Part shown: in pieces, positions 1 through 15,865 of the stretch
Numbering within the stretch: position 1 is the stretch's first letter
Layout: each line of letters starts with the position of its first letter
Assembly (NCBI GenBank): GCA_964016885.1
Contig: OZ024741.1
Location: 404,736,001-404,800,000 of the forward strand
Direction: 5' to 3'
Source: Eledone cirrhosa
Lineage: Eukaryota
DNA: 64,000 bases
Program-made: the position numbers and the translations under genes
Notes under the pieces: generated by a model
The model's database searches: none
The model's input: only the letters and a program-made list of their open reading frames with translations
What the model was told of the DNA's origin: nothing

Positions 1-1304
1 AATTGGAATGACCAACGGAAACATTGTTTCCTCGGTTCGATTTGATGAAAGTCGATCGATGAATGAATGAATGAAGGTCGTCTGTTCCATACAAAGCTTG
101 AGTTCTTGCATTTTACGTCTTTTGCTTCGTGCCATGAGATCTCAAATGGCTTTTCAGTCCTGAACTACTTCCGCTACTAAAGCATCCATACATACGAGAT
201 ATTGAGAAGGCCTCTACGTGGTCACTCAACCTGTTAGAAATAGAAGCCAAATATATTTTTTTCCAAACGATATGTTAATCAGTACCAAAATAGTCTTCGT
301 GGAATCGGGTTTCATTTTAGTTTAAAATTCTTCTTCATGCCCCTTACACACACCCTCTCTTCCACTCTCTCTCTCCCCTCCCCCTCTCTCTCTCCTACTC
401 TCTATCTCCTCCCCCTCTCTCTCTCCTACTCTCTCTCTATATATATATCTATTTATCTATCTCACTCTTTCTCTCTCTCTCATTTTCTCTCAATCTCTCA
501 CTGATACTCGGTTTCTCTTTTCATCTCCCTTACTTATTCCCCCCCTCTCTCTCTCTATTTCTTTCTCCGTCTTACACACTCTATCTCACTCTCTCTTTCT
601 CTCTCACTCTATCTCTCTATCTCTCTCTCACTCATTCTCTCTCACTCTATCTCTCTCACTCACACATACACACACAGAACAGATACTTACACACACATTA
701 ACATTTCTGATAAAAAAAATCTATTTGGCAGAAAACTTAAATATTTTATGAATAATTAACTGTCTTTTGGGCTTTCAACAAGTTAAATATATTCGTTAAA
801 GAAAATGATATTCTTTTCTTTTTATCCTTTCTATCATTCACTTCCTCGTTCTTCTATTTCTTCTTTGTTTTCTATTTCTTTTTCGTTTTTATTCATTTGT
901 TAAGAAAGAAAGGAGATAAAGTCCCTCGTTAGTTTGAAGTTTGAAAATAACAAAACAATCAGACAAAATAAAATGAAGCAATTGTCCTGTAAATAATGTT
1001 AATGTCATAAATAAGGCATATATATTTTTTCTTCAATCGATGATTCTTTTTTTCACAAACATTTATTCCTGTATCCACGTGTCTGTGGAATGACTGTCAG
1101 AATATCTTGTGTATTTAGTTATGTACTCTTACGTAGACAGTGTGATATGTTTGTTTCAGCCAGAGCAGGACTTTCACCTGCTGAGGCCCCAAGTTATATA
1201 TTTGAGGCCCTCCTCTGAAAACAATTTCTGCTAAATAAAAAATTTAAATAATTATATATGTTTATAATTGTTCATATTAGTGTTAATGATAAAGAATAGA
1301 TTAT

Positions 1305-1352
<48 letters not shown>

Positions 1353-1570
1353 AGAATGAATAATAACAGGTAGACATCATAATTATTCATTCTTTATATA
1401 CAGGTAGACATCATTATTATTCATTCTTTATATACACTCCAGAATACTGAAGTATCAGGAACTAAGTTTCTTCAACAATTCTTCCTTAACTCGTAGAGTA
1501 ACCTCTTACCGTACGTCAACCATATGCAGTGTAGTAATTAACCATTACTACATCTTGGATAATCCTATAC

Positions 1571-1664
<94 letters not shown>

Positions 1665-2252
1665 TATAGGTTCAGGACACCGACGGCAGAGGTGGATAAC
1701 TGACGACAATGACGTCAAAGTTTCTAACGCTGGTCGTTATCAAGCCATTGCATCTTATCCTGCTTGGAAGGATTTCAAAATATTTATTCATAAACATACC
1801 GTATATCGCTAGACATACAAAATCACATGCCTCATACACACCCATGTATATGAATATATATATATATATATATGAAAGACGTAAATAAGAAAGTTATGAA
1901 AATTGACTTACTTACTAAAATTATTACGTAAAATTATTACGTAACTATATTTATCCCCTTACAGAAACTAATTAGTTGGAGTGAAATTTTAGTAAGTAAG
2001 TCAATTTTCATAACTTTCTTATTTACGTCTTTCATATAATTGTTCTGCATCCCCCTGCATAGAACCACAAAGTTACTAAGACAAAACATATATATTTGCT
2101 AGCATAATAGGTATGCATCTGTATACATATGTCGGTAGATATATTAATTCTTTATATATATATATATATGTATATTAGGTTTAGGATTATCCTAGATGTA
2201 GTAATGGTTAATTACTACGCTGGATAGAGTTGACGTACGGTGAGGGGTTACT

Positions 2253-2335
<83 letters not shown>

Positions 2336-2734
2336 TGTATGTATAGTATATTTGGCAATATATTGTATGTTTAATTAAAAACATTTAGAAGACCATACGC
2401 TATGAGTTTTAAAGTAGTGACTATGACATTTACTTATTCTCAGCAAAAACAACAGAGAGCGGCCGAGTGTTTATCAAAACCACACACTCAGTTGCCTTTG
2501 TCGAGAATTCTAGAGGCTGTATTCTTACAGAATTCCAGTAATAATCAGGAGCAGATTATACAGAGAGATTGCCGGCCCAGCAAAAATTAGGTATTAGTAT
2601 TGGTGCTTTGAAATAGCGATGTTTACGTGAATGTAGGTATAGTATATATTAATTAAACATACACTATATTGCCAAATATACTATACATACATTCATGTAT
2701 ACACTGCTATTTCAGAGCACCAATACTAATACCA

Positions 2735-2774
<40 letters not shown>

Positions 2775-3964
2775 GCATATATATAATGTTTGTTTGTTTT
2801 ATTATTTGATTTGTTTAGAGACTGTGTGACTGTGCTGTCATCTCGAGTTCTTCCTTTATTTCTGTCAATATTTCATAGAATAATTATTTCTTGTCTTCCT
2901 TTCATTTTCTTACATGCTTTTAGCTAACAATAACTTTAAATGGTTTCACGTTATGTCATTTTGGTCGCCATTATTGTCTGCTTTCGAATGCCACACGACA
3001 GCACGAAGTTCGCTTGTGCTATTACACACTGACATCACGTTTTCTTTGGTTTCTAGTTTTTTATTCTTACTTTATTTATTTCTGACGAATTTACCAATTA
3101 TTCATTGTATTCGGCTTCTTTGATCTGTTAAGGCATGTGGTTTAGTGGTTAGAGAATTGTATTCGCAAACTTGAGGTTGTGAGTTCGATACCCGAACGGG
3201 ACGATGCGTTATGTCATTGTTCAAATCAATTTATTTGACGTTGTACCTTCCGTTCCGATTTGGCGAGGTCCGTCCCACTAAGTAAGCAAATAGATTGGCA
3301 TCCTTCCTCGTTTTAATCTATTGATATTTTTTGGAGAAACAGACGTTTCCATATGAATGTTTTATTAACGTTTATACATTCATATACATATCAAATACTT
3401 TGTTTGTCTGTATATTAACACATTTATACAAACATTAGCTATAGATGTTCAGGCTTCTATAAACCAGCAGAGATGTTTGTGAGACTTTGAGTGTGCGCGT
3501 TTGTATGCTTGTGTATAAACATATATAGAAGCATGTATTGAAACCTGACTCTCACATACATTAGTCAATACATGTAGTACTATAACTGCATATTATGCGT
3601 CCTACAGATATCTCGGGGTTTCTAATATAAAACGAGTTTAAATATTTCCTTCCAGATAGAACATCGATTATTTACGTCTCTTGTAATATATACAGGTTTA
3701 TTCACTAAGGTATGCACTATAGAAAAAACACAACTGCGAGGGATGGTCACAAACACGCTCACATGATAAACATACGCATGCAGGAATGTATATATAAATG
3801 TTTGCGTATATAAATACATATATAGGTACACACAGAAACGTTACTTACATTCATTTACATATATAAGTGTATTTACAATTAGGTAATCGTATAAATATAA
3901 AAAGTAAACACACAGAGAGAAGACAACACACAAATATAGGCAGTGAGAACTATACAATTATACA

Positions 3965-4700
3965 CACAGAGACACATACATAGAGAGACATATACATATA
4001 TAGACATATACATAGATATATATATATAGACATATACATAGAGATATATAAATAGAGAGACATATACATAGAGACATATATATAGAGAGACATAGACATA
4101 GAGACATATACATAGAAAGACATATATATAGAGAGATATATATAGAGATATATAGATATATATATAGAGAGAGAGACATATACATAGATATATATATAGA
4201 GAGAAACATACACATAGAGAGACATACATAGAGAGACATATACATAGAGAGAGGTATGCATAGAGAGAGGTATACATAGAGAGAGGTATACATAGAGAGA
4301 GGTATATAGAGAGAGGTATACATAGAGAGACATATACATAGAGAGAGGTATACATAGAGAGACATATACATAGAGAGAGGTATACATAGAGAGAGTTATA
4401 CATAGAGAGAGACATATACATAGAGAGAGGTATACATAGAGAGAGTTATACATAGAGAGAAACATATACATAGAGAGAGGTATATAGAGAGAGACATACA
4501 CATAGAGAGACATATATAGAGAGAGATATATAGATATATATATACATAGATATAGATATATATAGAGAGAGACATAAACACAGGGACATAATCATGGAAA
4601 GACATATACACCCAGATACATATACATAGAGACATATACACCCAGATACATATACACCCAGAGGACATATACATACAGGGACATATACATACAGAAGACA
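3965..4700. repeat. Compound minisatellite (tatacatagagagagg-like ~16-18 bp units)
   Basis: Direct inspection. Confidence 0.85.
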
Positions 4701-6078
4701 TTAACACACAGAAACATAATCTATACTCCACAAGTTTTCATATCCTTTAAATCCTTTGAAGGAGATTTCCTACAGATTCGTCTGAAGCAAAACCTAAATA
4801 TATTTATAGACTCCAATAGACTGTCGGCTAAAACAGAAAACCACACAAACACACAACAAACCCTTCTCTTAAAGTATAATATACATAAAAAGTAGAAAAC
4901 ATCGCAGTACTTTCTCTTCAATATACCCAGAAGCTAAATCTTTAGCAACAGATGTAGGTATAAATAACTGTTTGAAAGCCTAGAATTCGACAGACTTCGC
5001 ATAATATTTAAAGATTATATACAAAATTCAGTCGATAATCCTACTAACCGGTTCTTAAATTCAACAATGACTGAAATCTGTAAAGTAATCTCGCTGGAGT
5101 TTAGTGGCATTGTGTTGTATCTTTCTCTAGCCGGAGCAGAGAAGATCCATGTCTGGATAAGTAGCCTAGCTCACCGCCATAGAATCAGTCACATCAGAAA
5201 TTATGGTGGTTAGAAGAGTTCTGTTCGAGGATCGGTGACGAAAGCATGTATTAAGCTCAAAATGTCAAAGTGTTTCATCGCCCAACCTGGAGAAGCAATA
5301 GGAGGGCAGCTCCTGTTGTTGGAACACGGATTGAGTTAAGGTGGTTGGTATTTTGGTGTGGCCCTGATTTCCAGGGGGATAAAATCTGGACAGACTTTGT
5401 GAACAAGATGATGAGTCTCACTCAAAAATGAGCTGATAGAATGTTGTTCTTAAAATGCCGGCAGAAATAGCGAACGGCCATATTAGTGCGGCAATGTATT
5501 ACCACCTGGAAATACCTACCCTGATTGGAATGTATGTTCTTTTGCTTCTTGTAAGGTATGTTCTTTTGCTTCTCCGCTAGCCTGGAGATCTATCCGCTGC
5601 CAACAGCCACTCCACAGGACTCGAGATATCGACACTAATCAAACACAGACATACATTGACACTGATACATCTGCAACAATTCCTAGGTCAAGCAGATTGG
5701 CAGTGTCGGTAGAGCGTCGGATACCCTGCTTCGTGATAGAGAGTTATGGCCATTTACCTTCTGATTTCAAATCCTGCCGAGGTTAGCTTTGCTTTTCATA
5801 TTTACTAAATTTGTTGGCCTTGTGCCTAAATCAGAAACCATTATTAGCGACAACAGAGACAACAGAAGTAGCAGCAACACCGTATTTAAATGATATCAAG
5901 CACAGTTGGGGCCACGACCCCCTCTCACGGCCATGTAATACTGACAGCACCCCCAACCCTATTTCCAGAGAAAACTGCCTACACACAAATTGTAAATAAT
6001 AAATAAAATCGTTAATTTATATATAATATAATATATACTATGTATAAATAAATATCATATATTTTTTCCTTTACTATA

Positions 6079-6133
<55 letters not shown>

Positions 6134-7183
6134 CAGCTCACACCTATGCAGGTTTAGCTGACTCTCCTCCAAAGTATCTCTCGTTGGAGGTGTCTTGGGT
6201 AATTTAATGATAGGGTCCCCAGTCCTATCATCTCATTTCTACAGCTGAGTAAACTGGAGCAACGTGAAATAAAGTGTCTTGCTCAAGGAAACAACACATC
6301 ACCCGGTCCGAGAATTGAACTCACAACCTTTCGATTGCAATATTTATATATATATATATATATATGTGTGTATCATTTGATATTTAATATACTATTGTAT
6401 CAACTCTAGCGCCCCCTTAGGCCCCAGCACCTTCTCAATGCCCACCTTGAGAAGCTGTGCTGTAAAATATGTCTTTAAATACAATTGCTCCACATTCCTG
6501 GCTATAACACGTGTTAATTTCCCAACAGAGTCATCCTATAACTATAGTTTATTACACGTTTTTTTTATTTTATATCTGCTGGACAACGAAGACATAACAT
6601 GTGAGAGGTGTCAAGTATGTCATAGAACCATCCGAGATAAAATGATATCTCCATATGTTCAAAGAGAATTATTAACGGACATTTTGGAAAATAATAAACG
6701 TAAAAGAGATAAAAAAAAAAGAAGAAAAATAGAACTTCCTTTTCCTGACACTAAAAAAACTATTTAAGCTTTGAGAGTTGTGAAGTTTCATTATTTTGTC
6801 TTCGGTATTATATATTTTCTTCTCTGTATAATTATAGGTAACCTTTCTGAAGCTTTCATTGGGGAACATAAAAGATTTGTGGCTGTCAGAAATATTTTTT
6901 TATTTTCCTCAGCACGAGCAATATATTTTTCTTTACCACTTTTTATATTCTCTTTATGCTAAAGAACAGGTTGAAATGAAATCATGTTGATTTCTTTTTC
7001 CGTTGTTCTTTCTATTGGTTCCGTTCTAGTGTGAATGTATATATATGGGAGTACTCAATACATGGGTAGATGAAGAGTGGGTATAGAGAGAGGTAAAATC
7101 ATGACAGCGGCCAAGAAGTGGCTTGCTGAACACGCAACCAGAGACCGGTTGGCGCCGTGGTCAGGGTTTTAATTCTCTCTCTG

Positions 7184-7238
<55 letters not shown>

Positions 7239-7467
7239 GAGTGCTCCAATCTGCATACTGAGGTGGTGGTATACAACCAACATATACTCAATATATATAT
7301 ATATATATCTATATATATATATATATATATATACACACCCATATATATATGTATATGTATATGTATATGTAGGTATAGATATAGATATTTTTTTATTTTG
7401 CTTAGATATTTTGCTTTCTTTGCTTTAACTGCATGCCCACATATGTACGGCAAAAACAAACGGGAGT

Positions 7468-7510
7468 AATCGACAGTCCTGTTTCTCGCTCGTTACCAAT
7501 TATCAAGACT
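7468..7510 (-). ncRNA. HHR with U3-A8 core in a dispersed relative of the 310-bp repeat
   Basis: agtc-TTGATAA-ttggt(aacg)agcga-GAAA-cag(ga)ctg-TC-gatt. Confidence 0.55.
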
Positions 7511-8509
7511 TCTCAGTCTTTAGCTTCTACCGAGAATTATAGAAGTTGGATTCTTATAGAATTCCAGCATTATTTTTTAATAGCTGATTAAACAGAGTGT
7601 TTGCGGATCCAGCAAAAATTAGGTATTAGTATTGGTGCTCTGAAATAGCGATGTATCTATAGTATATTTGATAATATACCGTATGTTTAATTTAAAAAAT
7701 GTTTTTGCCGAGAATAAATAAGTGGCATAGTCACTACTTTAAAATTCATAGTGAATGGTCTTTAAAATGTTTTTAATTAAACATACAGTATATTATCAAA
7801 TATACTATACCTACATTCATGTATATATATAAAATTTGGTCGTTTTGGAAGCCTCAACAATGCAGATGGGTAAATCTCCGGGTAACAGGATCCGGTAGTG
7901 AAGAGAGAGATGTAAGAGGAAATGTAGAATGAGATGTATAGTGTGTAGAAGGACGTAGGAAAGAGTGTAAAAAATAAAAATAACATGAGATAGAGTTACC
8001 TTGGGAAAGATTTAATTGTCCCTATATTTCGGATTTCGCATCCAGCAACTGGGGGGGGGGTTCCAAGGGGGAGAGTTATCTGTCAGAGAGTAACGGTACG
8101 TGGCCTCTGTTGTCCGTCGTTTGTGTGTAACTGAGATATTCTCTAGAGCGCACGTGCTACGGAAAAGTTGCGGTCAAGCAAAGGTCGAGGGAGCTCCTCT
8201 TTATTGTGGGAGTGGGACGGTGCTAGCTGTCAATCCATTGTACTACTTATGTGTACTAGTCTTTGTTACTGGCAGTGTAGTAGTCGCTCTCTATATATAT
8301 AATTGTTTCTACTTTAGGCACAAGGCCAGCAAATACCCAGTACATTACTGGTACTTTATTTTATCGACCCCGTAAGGATGAAAGGCAAAGTTAACCTTGG
8401 CGGTATTTGAACTCAGATAATGAAGTGTGGTAAGGAACCAGGTGGACCATAACGCACCAGAGTACTCGATACTTTGGGTAGCAGAGTGGGTAATAGGAAA
8501 AGGTTCAGG

Positions 8510-8604
8510 ACCCCGACGGCAGAGTTCAAGCCCTTTCGACGGCTATTTTTGGACTAAATTCAATTTTTAGCGTGGTAATGAAATAGCCGAGCTTTTCAAG
8601 GGGT
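8510..8604 (-). ncRNA. HHR with U3-A8 core and extended stems II and III
   Basis: acccc-TTGAAAA-gctcggctattt...aaatagccgtc-GAAA-gggc(ttgaactct)gccg-TC-ggggt. Sister copies (60747-60834) read GAAAcggc...gccgTC, giving a perfect stem III. Confidence 0.65.
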
Positions 8605-8779
8605 AATTCCATATATGGGCATGCGATAATCAGGTATTTCAAAAGGATTGGTCGAAGTTTCTTGTAAACACAGTTAAGTCTTTCATGGCGGTGGGTAAGA
8701 AAGACTTAACTGTGTTTACAAGAAACTCCGACCAAACGGCTTGAAACGGTTTGAGCTCTTCCGTCGAGGTCCTGAACCT

Positions 8780-8844
<65 letters not shown>

Positions 8845-8873
8845 GTGTATATATATATATATATATATATATA

Positions 8874-8955
<82 letters not shown>

Positions 8956-9081
8956 TATATATAATATATATATATATAATATATATATATATAATATATA
9001 TATATATTATATATATATATAATATATATATATATATATAATATATATATATAATATATATATATAATATATATATATAAT

Positions 9082-9143
<62 letters not shown>

Positions 9144-9773
9144 GATAAATCTACCAAAATGTACGGTAATGTCCAATCCGTATGAAGAACTCAATGTAAT
9201 CCGAATATCATGAAAAGAGAAGATGTTTTCGATGAAAAATACAGGAAAACAGAGTCAAGATAAATTAATAAAAATATTGAATAAACAAAGAAACAGTTCC
9301 TTATATAAAAAAATTCATCATTTTACGGTCGTTTCTAGGATATATATGTTAGTGTTGGTATGCATATCATATAGATCTAGGTAAAATTTTTACAAATTAT
9401 CAGAAGGAATATACATACCCACACATATATATGCTGTCTTCAGAAATAATTATATTTGTTCATTGAATAAAACCAACAAAGATTTAATATAATAGGTCTA
9501 AATTAAATCTTTGTTGGTTTTATTCAATGAACAAATATAATTATTTCTGAAGACAGCATATGACCTATTTCCATCCCTAAAATAATCTTTCATTCATAAT
9601 ATTCTTTCCATCCAAAACTGAAATTTACCTTCCTCTACCCCTAAATTAAGGTTCTATTACTAATATTTTACCATCTTGACCTTCAGTATCTTTCTATTGG
9701 TCAATTCAAAACCTGTTCCCAAACAGACCTATTGTATTAAATCTTTGTTGGGTTTTTTCAATAAACAAATATC

Positions 9774-9907
9774 ATTATTTCTGAAGACAGCATAATTATG
9801 TGTGGGTATGTATATTCCTTCTGATAGTTTGTAAAAATTTTACATAGATCTATATGATATGCATACCAACACTAACATATATATCCTAGAAACGATCGTA
9901 AAATGAT
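9774..9907 (+). ncRNA. HHR with ~100-nt stem-loop II; inverted copy at 9317-9450
   Basis: attattt-CTGAAGA-cag...tgtgggtatgtata...tatgcataccaaca...cta-GAAA-cgatcg-TA-aaatgat. Confidence 0.6.
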
Positions 9908-9960
9908 GAATTTTTTTATATAAAGAAGTTTCTTTGTTTATTCATTATTTTTATTAATTT

Positions 9961-10035
<75 letters not shown>

Positions 10036-10041
10036 TACATA

Positions 10042-10090
<49 letters not shown>

Positions 10091-10107
10091 TAATATATAT
10101 ATATAAT

Positions 10108-10168
<61 letters not shown>

Positions 10169-10246
10169 ATATATATATATATATAATATATATATATAAT
10201 ATATATATATATATATAATATATATATATATATATAATATATATAC

Positions 10247-10348
<102 letters not shown>

Positions 10349-10356
10349 ATATATAT

Positions 10357-10475
<119 letters not shown>

Positions 10476-10483
10476 ATATATAT

Positions 10484-10557
<74 letters not shown>

Positions 10558-10564
10558 TATATAT

Positions 10565-10621
<57 letters not shown>

Positions 10622-10666
10622 ATATATATATATATATAATATATATATATATATATAATATATAAT

Positions 10667-10717
10667 AGTTTCAGAAGATCCCGTTAAGGGTGAAAGCAGC
10701 GATTCTTTGCTTAAACT
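10667..10717 (+). ncRNA. HHR-like motif with CAGAAGA core; second copy at 24420-24470
   Basis: agttt-CAGAAGA-tccc(gttaa)gggt-GAAA-gcag(cgattct)ttgc-TT/TC-aaact. Confidence 0.6.
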
Positions 10718-10921
10718 TTAATCTGTTATTTTAATAAATATTTGCTCTTCGGTTCTTATATATTTGATATATATTTTCCTTATCGAGCCCTCTCTGGATT
10801 TTAGTCTTCAATTTTATTATTATTACTATATATATAATATATATATATATATAATATATATATATAATATATATATATATAATATATATATATAATATAT
10901 ATATATATATATAATATATAT

Positions 10922-10953
<32 letters not shown>

Positions 10954-11034
10954 ATATATATATATATATATAATATATATATATATATATAATATATATA
11001 TAATATATATATATATATAATATATATATAATAT

Positions 11035-11111
<77 letters not shown>

Positions 11112-11119
11112 ATATATAT

Positions 11120-11153
<34 letters not shown>

Positions 11154-11172
11154 ATATATATATATATATAAT

Positions 11173-11215
<43 letters not shown>

Positions 11216-11395
11216 TATATACTTAGCAGTATTAGTTATAGATGTTATCGCCACATTAGCGGGGTGGCAGAATCAGTGGTCGTTAGTTGCCAGTGTGGTA
11301 AGTGATAGTATCCTCGTTGGATTATCTTGTTGACATAGACGTGAGGGAAGGTCCCTCGATCTATTTACCATCTATTTACAATATTCCTTTCGTCA

Positions 11396-11774
11396 GGTCG
11401 CCAATTCCAGCAGCATGGATTAAAGTTGTTATTGAGACACGAGTAACATAATAACGACTTCAACCGCAGTAATTAGAGATGAAATGTTTGTTTATTTATA
11501 TGGTTGAAGTTACAGATAAAAACAGGTTACAAAAGGGAATGTGCCATTGCGCCGTTAAGCCGGCGAGGCTAGGGGTGCAATATCTCACTCTTACATTATG
11601 CGTGTTGCTGGCTTGAAGTTTCCGGTACAAGAGAGAGATTCTTCAAATCTTCGCGGGGAATTTCTTCCTCAGGGCGCGTAGGGATACATCCTCTTCTTCT
11701 GGCGCTGATTGGCTGAACTGAGCCAAATCACGCACAGAGAATGTATGTGAGCCCGCGGAATGTAGGTCACTACA
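11396..11774 (-). mobile_element. LTR-retrotransposon 5' LTR + PBS-like fragment
   Basis: Minus strand starts TGTAGTGACC, contains AATAAA and is followed by TGGCGACC. Homologous to 27433-27800. Confidence 0.55.
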
Positions 11775-11775
11775 T

Positions 11776-11807
<32 letters not shown>

Positions 11808-11846
11808 ATATATATATATATTATATATATTATATATAATATATAT

Positions 11847-11889
<43 letters not shown>

Positions 11890-11996
11890 TATATATTATA
11901 TATATTATATATAATATATATATATATAATATATATATATATATATAATATATATGTATATATATATAATATATATATATATAATATATATATATA

Positions 11997-14900
11997 TAGT
12001 ATTTCAGTATACATATATGGATGTACATCTTTGACTTAATTGTTTGAGCGTCAGTCATACAAAAGTGAGTTACAAACGAAACGAAATTTAATTTCGTTTC
12101 GTTATTTGTTTTTATCGTCTCCGTTGAACCGGTACTTACTCACACTCTATGCAAGTTGGTCTGCCCACTACTAATTTTCATAGAAAAAGCATATAGCGAT
12201 ATGTGCTTTTACGATTCTCTAGAGAGGCCGGAAGATAGGTAAATATTGCTGATGAGTTGTAACAACAACGAAACTAGTTCAATATTCCTTGTCTGGCTTT
12301 CTGGAGAATAGAGGAAAGGTGTTTCCTCAAAAACCAGTATGACTCTAAAAACCGGTTTGTCTGTGTGTTTACATACAGAATAGCTGGCCACTCACAGTAG
12401 AGTGATCAGTGAAAAAAAACTTGGTACATCTACATATGTATACGTGTGTGTATTCATATACATACTAGTATTTCAGTATACATATATGGATGTACATCTT
12501 TGACTTAATTGTTTGAGCGTCAGTCATACAAAAGTGAGTTACAAACGAAACGAAATTTAATTTCGTTTCGTTATTTGTTTTTATCGTCTCCGTTGAACCG
12601 GTACTTACTCACACTCTATGCAAGTTGGTCTGCCCACTACTAATTTTCATAGAAAAAGCATATAGCGATATGTGCTTTTACGATTCTCTAGAGAGGCCGG
12701 AAGATAGGTAAATATTGCTGATGAGTTGTAACAACAACGAAACTAGTTCAATATTCCTTGTCTGGCTTTCTGGAGAATAGAGGAAAGGTGTTTCCTCAAA
12801 AACCAGTATGACTCTAAAAACCGGTTTGTCTGTGTGTTTACATACAGAATAGCTGGCCACTCACAGTAGAGTGATCAGTGAAAAAAAAACTTGGTACATC
12901 TACATATGTATACGTGTGTGTATTCATATACATACTAGTATTTCAGTATACATATATGGATGTACATCTTTGACTTAATTGTTTGAGCGTCAGTCATACA
13001 AAAGTGAGTTACAAACGAAACGAAATTTAATTTCGTTTCGTTATTTGTTTTTATCGTCTCCGTTGAACCGGTACTTACTCACACTCTATGCAAGTTGGTC
13101 TGCCCACTACTAATTTTCATAGAAAAAGCATATAGCGATATGTGCTTTTACGATTCTCTAGAGAGGCCGGAAGATAGGTAAATATTGCTGATGAGTTGTA
13201 ACAACAACGAAACTAGTTCAATATTCCTTGTCTGGCTTTCTGGAGAATAGAGGAAAGGTGTTTCCTCAAAAACCAGTATGACTCTAAAAACCGGTTTGTC
13301 TGTGTGTTTACATACAGAATAGCTGGCCACTCACAGTAGAGTGATCAGTGAAAAAAAACTTGGTACATCTACATATGTATACGTGTGTGTATTCATATAC
13401 ATACTAGTATTTCAGTATACATATATGGATGTACATCTTTGACTTAATTGTTTGAGCGTCAGTCATACAAAAGTGAGTTACAAACGAAACGAAATTTAAT
13501 TTCGTTTCGTTATTTGTTTTTATCGTCTCCGTTGAACCGGTACTTACTCACACTCTATGCAAGTTGGTCTGCCCACTACTAATTTTCATAGAAAAAGCAT
13601 ATAGCGATATGTGCTTTTACGATTCTCTAGAGAGGCCGGAAGATAGGTAAATATTGCTGATGAGTTGTAACAACAACGAAACTAGTTCAATATTCCTTGT
13701 CTGGCTTTCTGGAGAATAGAGGAAAGGTGTTTCCTCAAAAACCAGTATGACTCTAAAAACCGGTTTGTCTGTGTGTTTACATACAGAATAGCTGGCCACT
13801 CACAGTAGAGTGATCAGTGAAAAAAAACTTGGTACATCTACATATGTATACGTGTGTGTATTCATATACATACTAGTATTTCAGTATACATATATGGATG
13901 TACATCTTTGACTTAATTGTTTGAGCGTCAGTCATACAAAAGTGAGTTACAAACGAAACGAAATTTAATTTCGTTTCGTTATTTGTTTTTATCGTCTCCG
14001 TTGAACCGGTACTTACTCACACTCTATGCAAGTTGGTCTGCCCACTACTAATTTTCATAGAAAAAGCATATAGCGATATGTGCTTTTACGATTCTCTAGA
14101 GAGGCCGGAAGATAGGTAAATATTGCTGATGAGTTGTAACAACAACGAAACTAGTTCAATATTCCTTGTCTGGCTTTCTGGAGAATAGAGGAAAGGTGTT
14201 TCCTCAAAAACCAGTATGACTCTAAAAACCGGTTTGTCTGTGTGTTTACATACAGAATAGCTGGCCACTCACAGTAGAGTGATCAGTGAAAAAAAACTTG
14301 GTACATCTACATATGTATACGTGTGTGTATTCATATACATACTAGTATTTCAGTATACATATATGGATGTACATCTTTGACTTAATTGTTTGAGCGTCAG
14401 TCATACAAAAGTGAGTTACAAACGAAACGAAATTTAATTTCGTTTCGTTATTTGTTTTTATCGTCTCCGTTGAACCGGTACTTACTCACACTCTATGCAA
14501 GTTGGTCTGCCCACTACTAATTTTCATAGAAAAAGCATATAGCGATATGTGCTTTTACGATTCTCTAGAGAGGCCGGAAGATAGGTAAATATTGCTGATG
14601 AGTTGTAACAACAACGAAACTAGTTCAATATTCCTTGTCTGGCTTTCTGGAGAATAGAGGAAAGGTGTTTCCTCAAAAACCAGTATGACTCTAAAAACCG
14701 GTTTGTCTGTGTGTTTACATACAGAATAGCTGGCCACTCACAGTAGAGTGATCAGTGAAAAAAAACTTGGTACATCTACATATGTATACGTGTGTGTATT
14801 CATATACATACTAGTATTTCAGTATACATATATGGATGTACATCTTTGACTTAATTGTTTGAGCGTCAGTCATACAAAAGTGAGTTACAAACGAAACGAA

Positions 14901-15865
14901 ATTTAATTTCGTTTCGTTATTTGTTTTTATCGTCTCCGTTGAACCGGTACTTACTCACACTCTATGCAAGTTGGTCTGCCCACTACTAATTTTCATAGAA
15001 AAAGCATATAGCGATATGTGCTTTTACGATTCTCTAGAGAGGCCGGAAGATAGGTAAATATTGCTGATGAGTTGTAACAACAACGAAACTAGTTCAATAT
15101 TCCTTGTCTGGCTTTCTGGAGAATAGAGGAAAGGTGTTTCCTCAAAAACCAGTATGACTCTAAAAACCGGTTTGTCTGTGTGTTTACATACAGAATAGCT
15201 GGCCACTCACAGTAGAGTGATCAGTGAAAAAAAACTTGGTACATCTACATATGTATACGTGTGTGTATTCATATACATACTAGTATTTCAGTATACATAT
15301 ATGGATGTACATCTTTGACTTAATTGTTTGAGCGTCAGTCATACAAAAGTGAGTTACAAACGAAACGAAATTTAATTTCGTTTCGTTATTTGTTTTTATC
15401 GTCTCCGTTGAACCGGTACTTACTCACACTCTATGCAAGTTGGTCTGCCCACTACTAATTTTCATAGAAAAAGCATATAGCGATATGTGCTTTTACGATT
15501 CTCTAGAGAGGCCGGAAGATAGGTAAATATTGCTGATGAGTTGTAACAACAACGAAACTAGTTCAATATTCCTTGTCTGGCTTTCTGGAGAATAGAGGAA
15601 AGGTGTTTCCTCAAAAACCAGTATGACTCTAAAAACCGGTTTGTCTGTGTGTTTACATACAGAATAGCTGGCCACTCACAGTAGAGTGATCAGTGAAAAA
15701 AAACTTGGTACATCTACATATGTATACGTGTGTGTATTCATATACATACTAGTATTTCAGTATACATATATGGATGTACATCTTTGACTTAATTGTTTGA
15801 GCGTCAGTCATACAAAAGTGAGTTACAAACGAAACGAAATTTAATTTCGTTTCGTTATTTGTTTT

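Noticed and set aside
3132-3200. tRNA gene
   Set aside because: The A/B boxes continue into a SINE body repeated elsewhere in the window, and there is no proper cloverleaf.
12209-15675. Eight identical 60-aa ORFs (MASYSVCKH...)
   Set aside because: A by-product of the 469-bp repeat, antisense to the ribozyme, with a GTG start and no recognisable domain.
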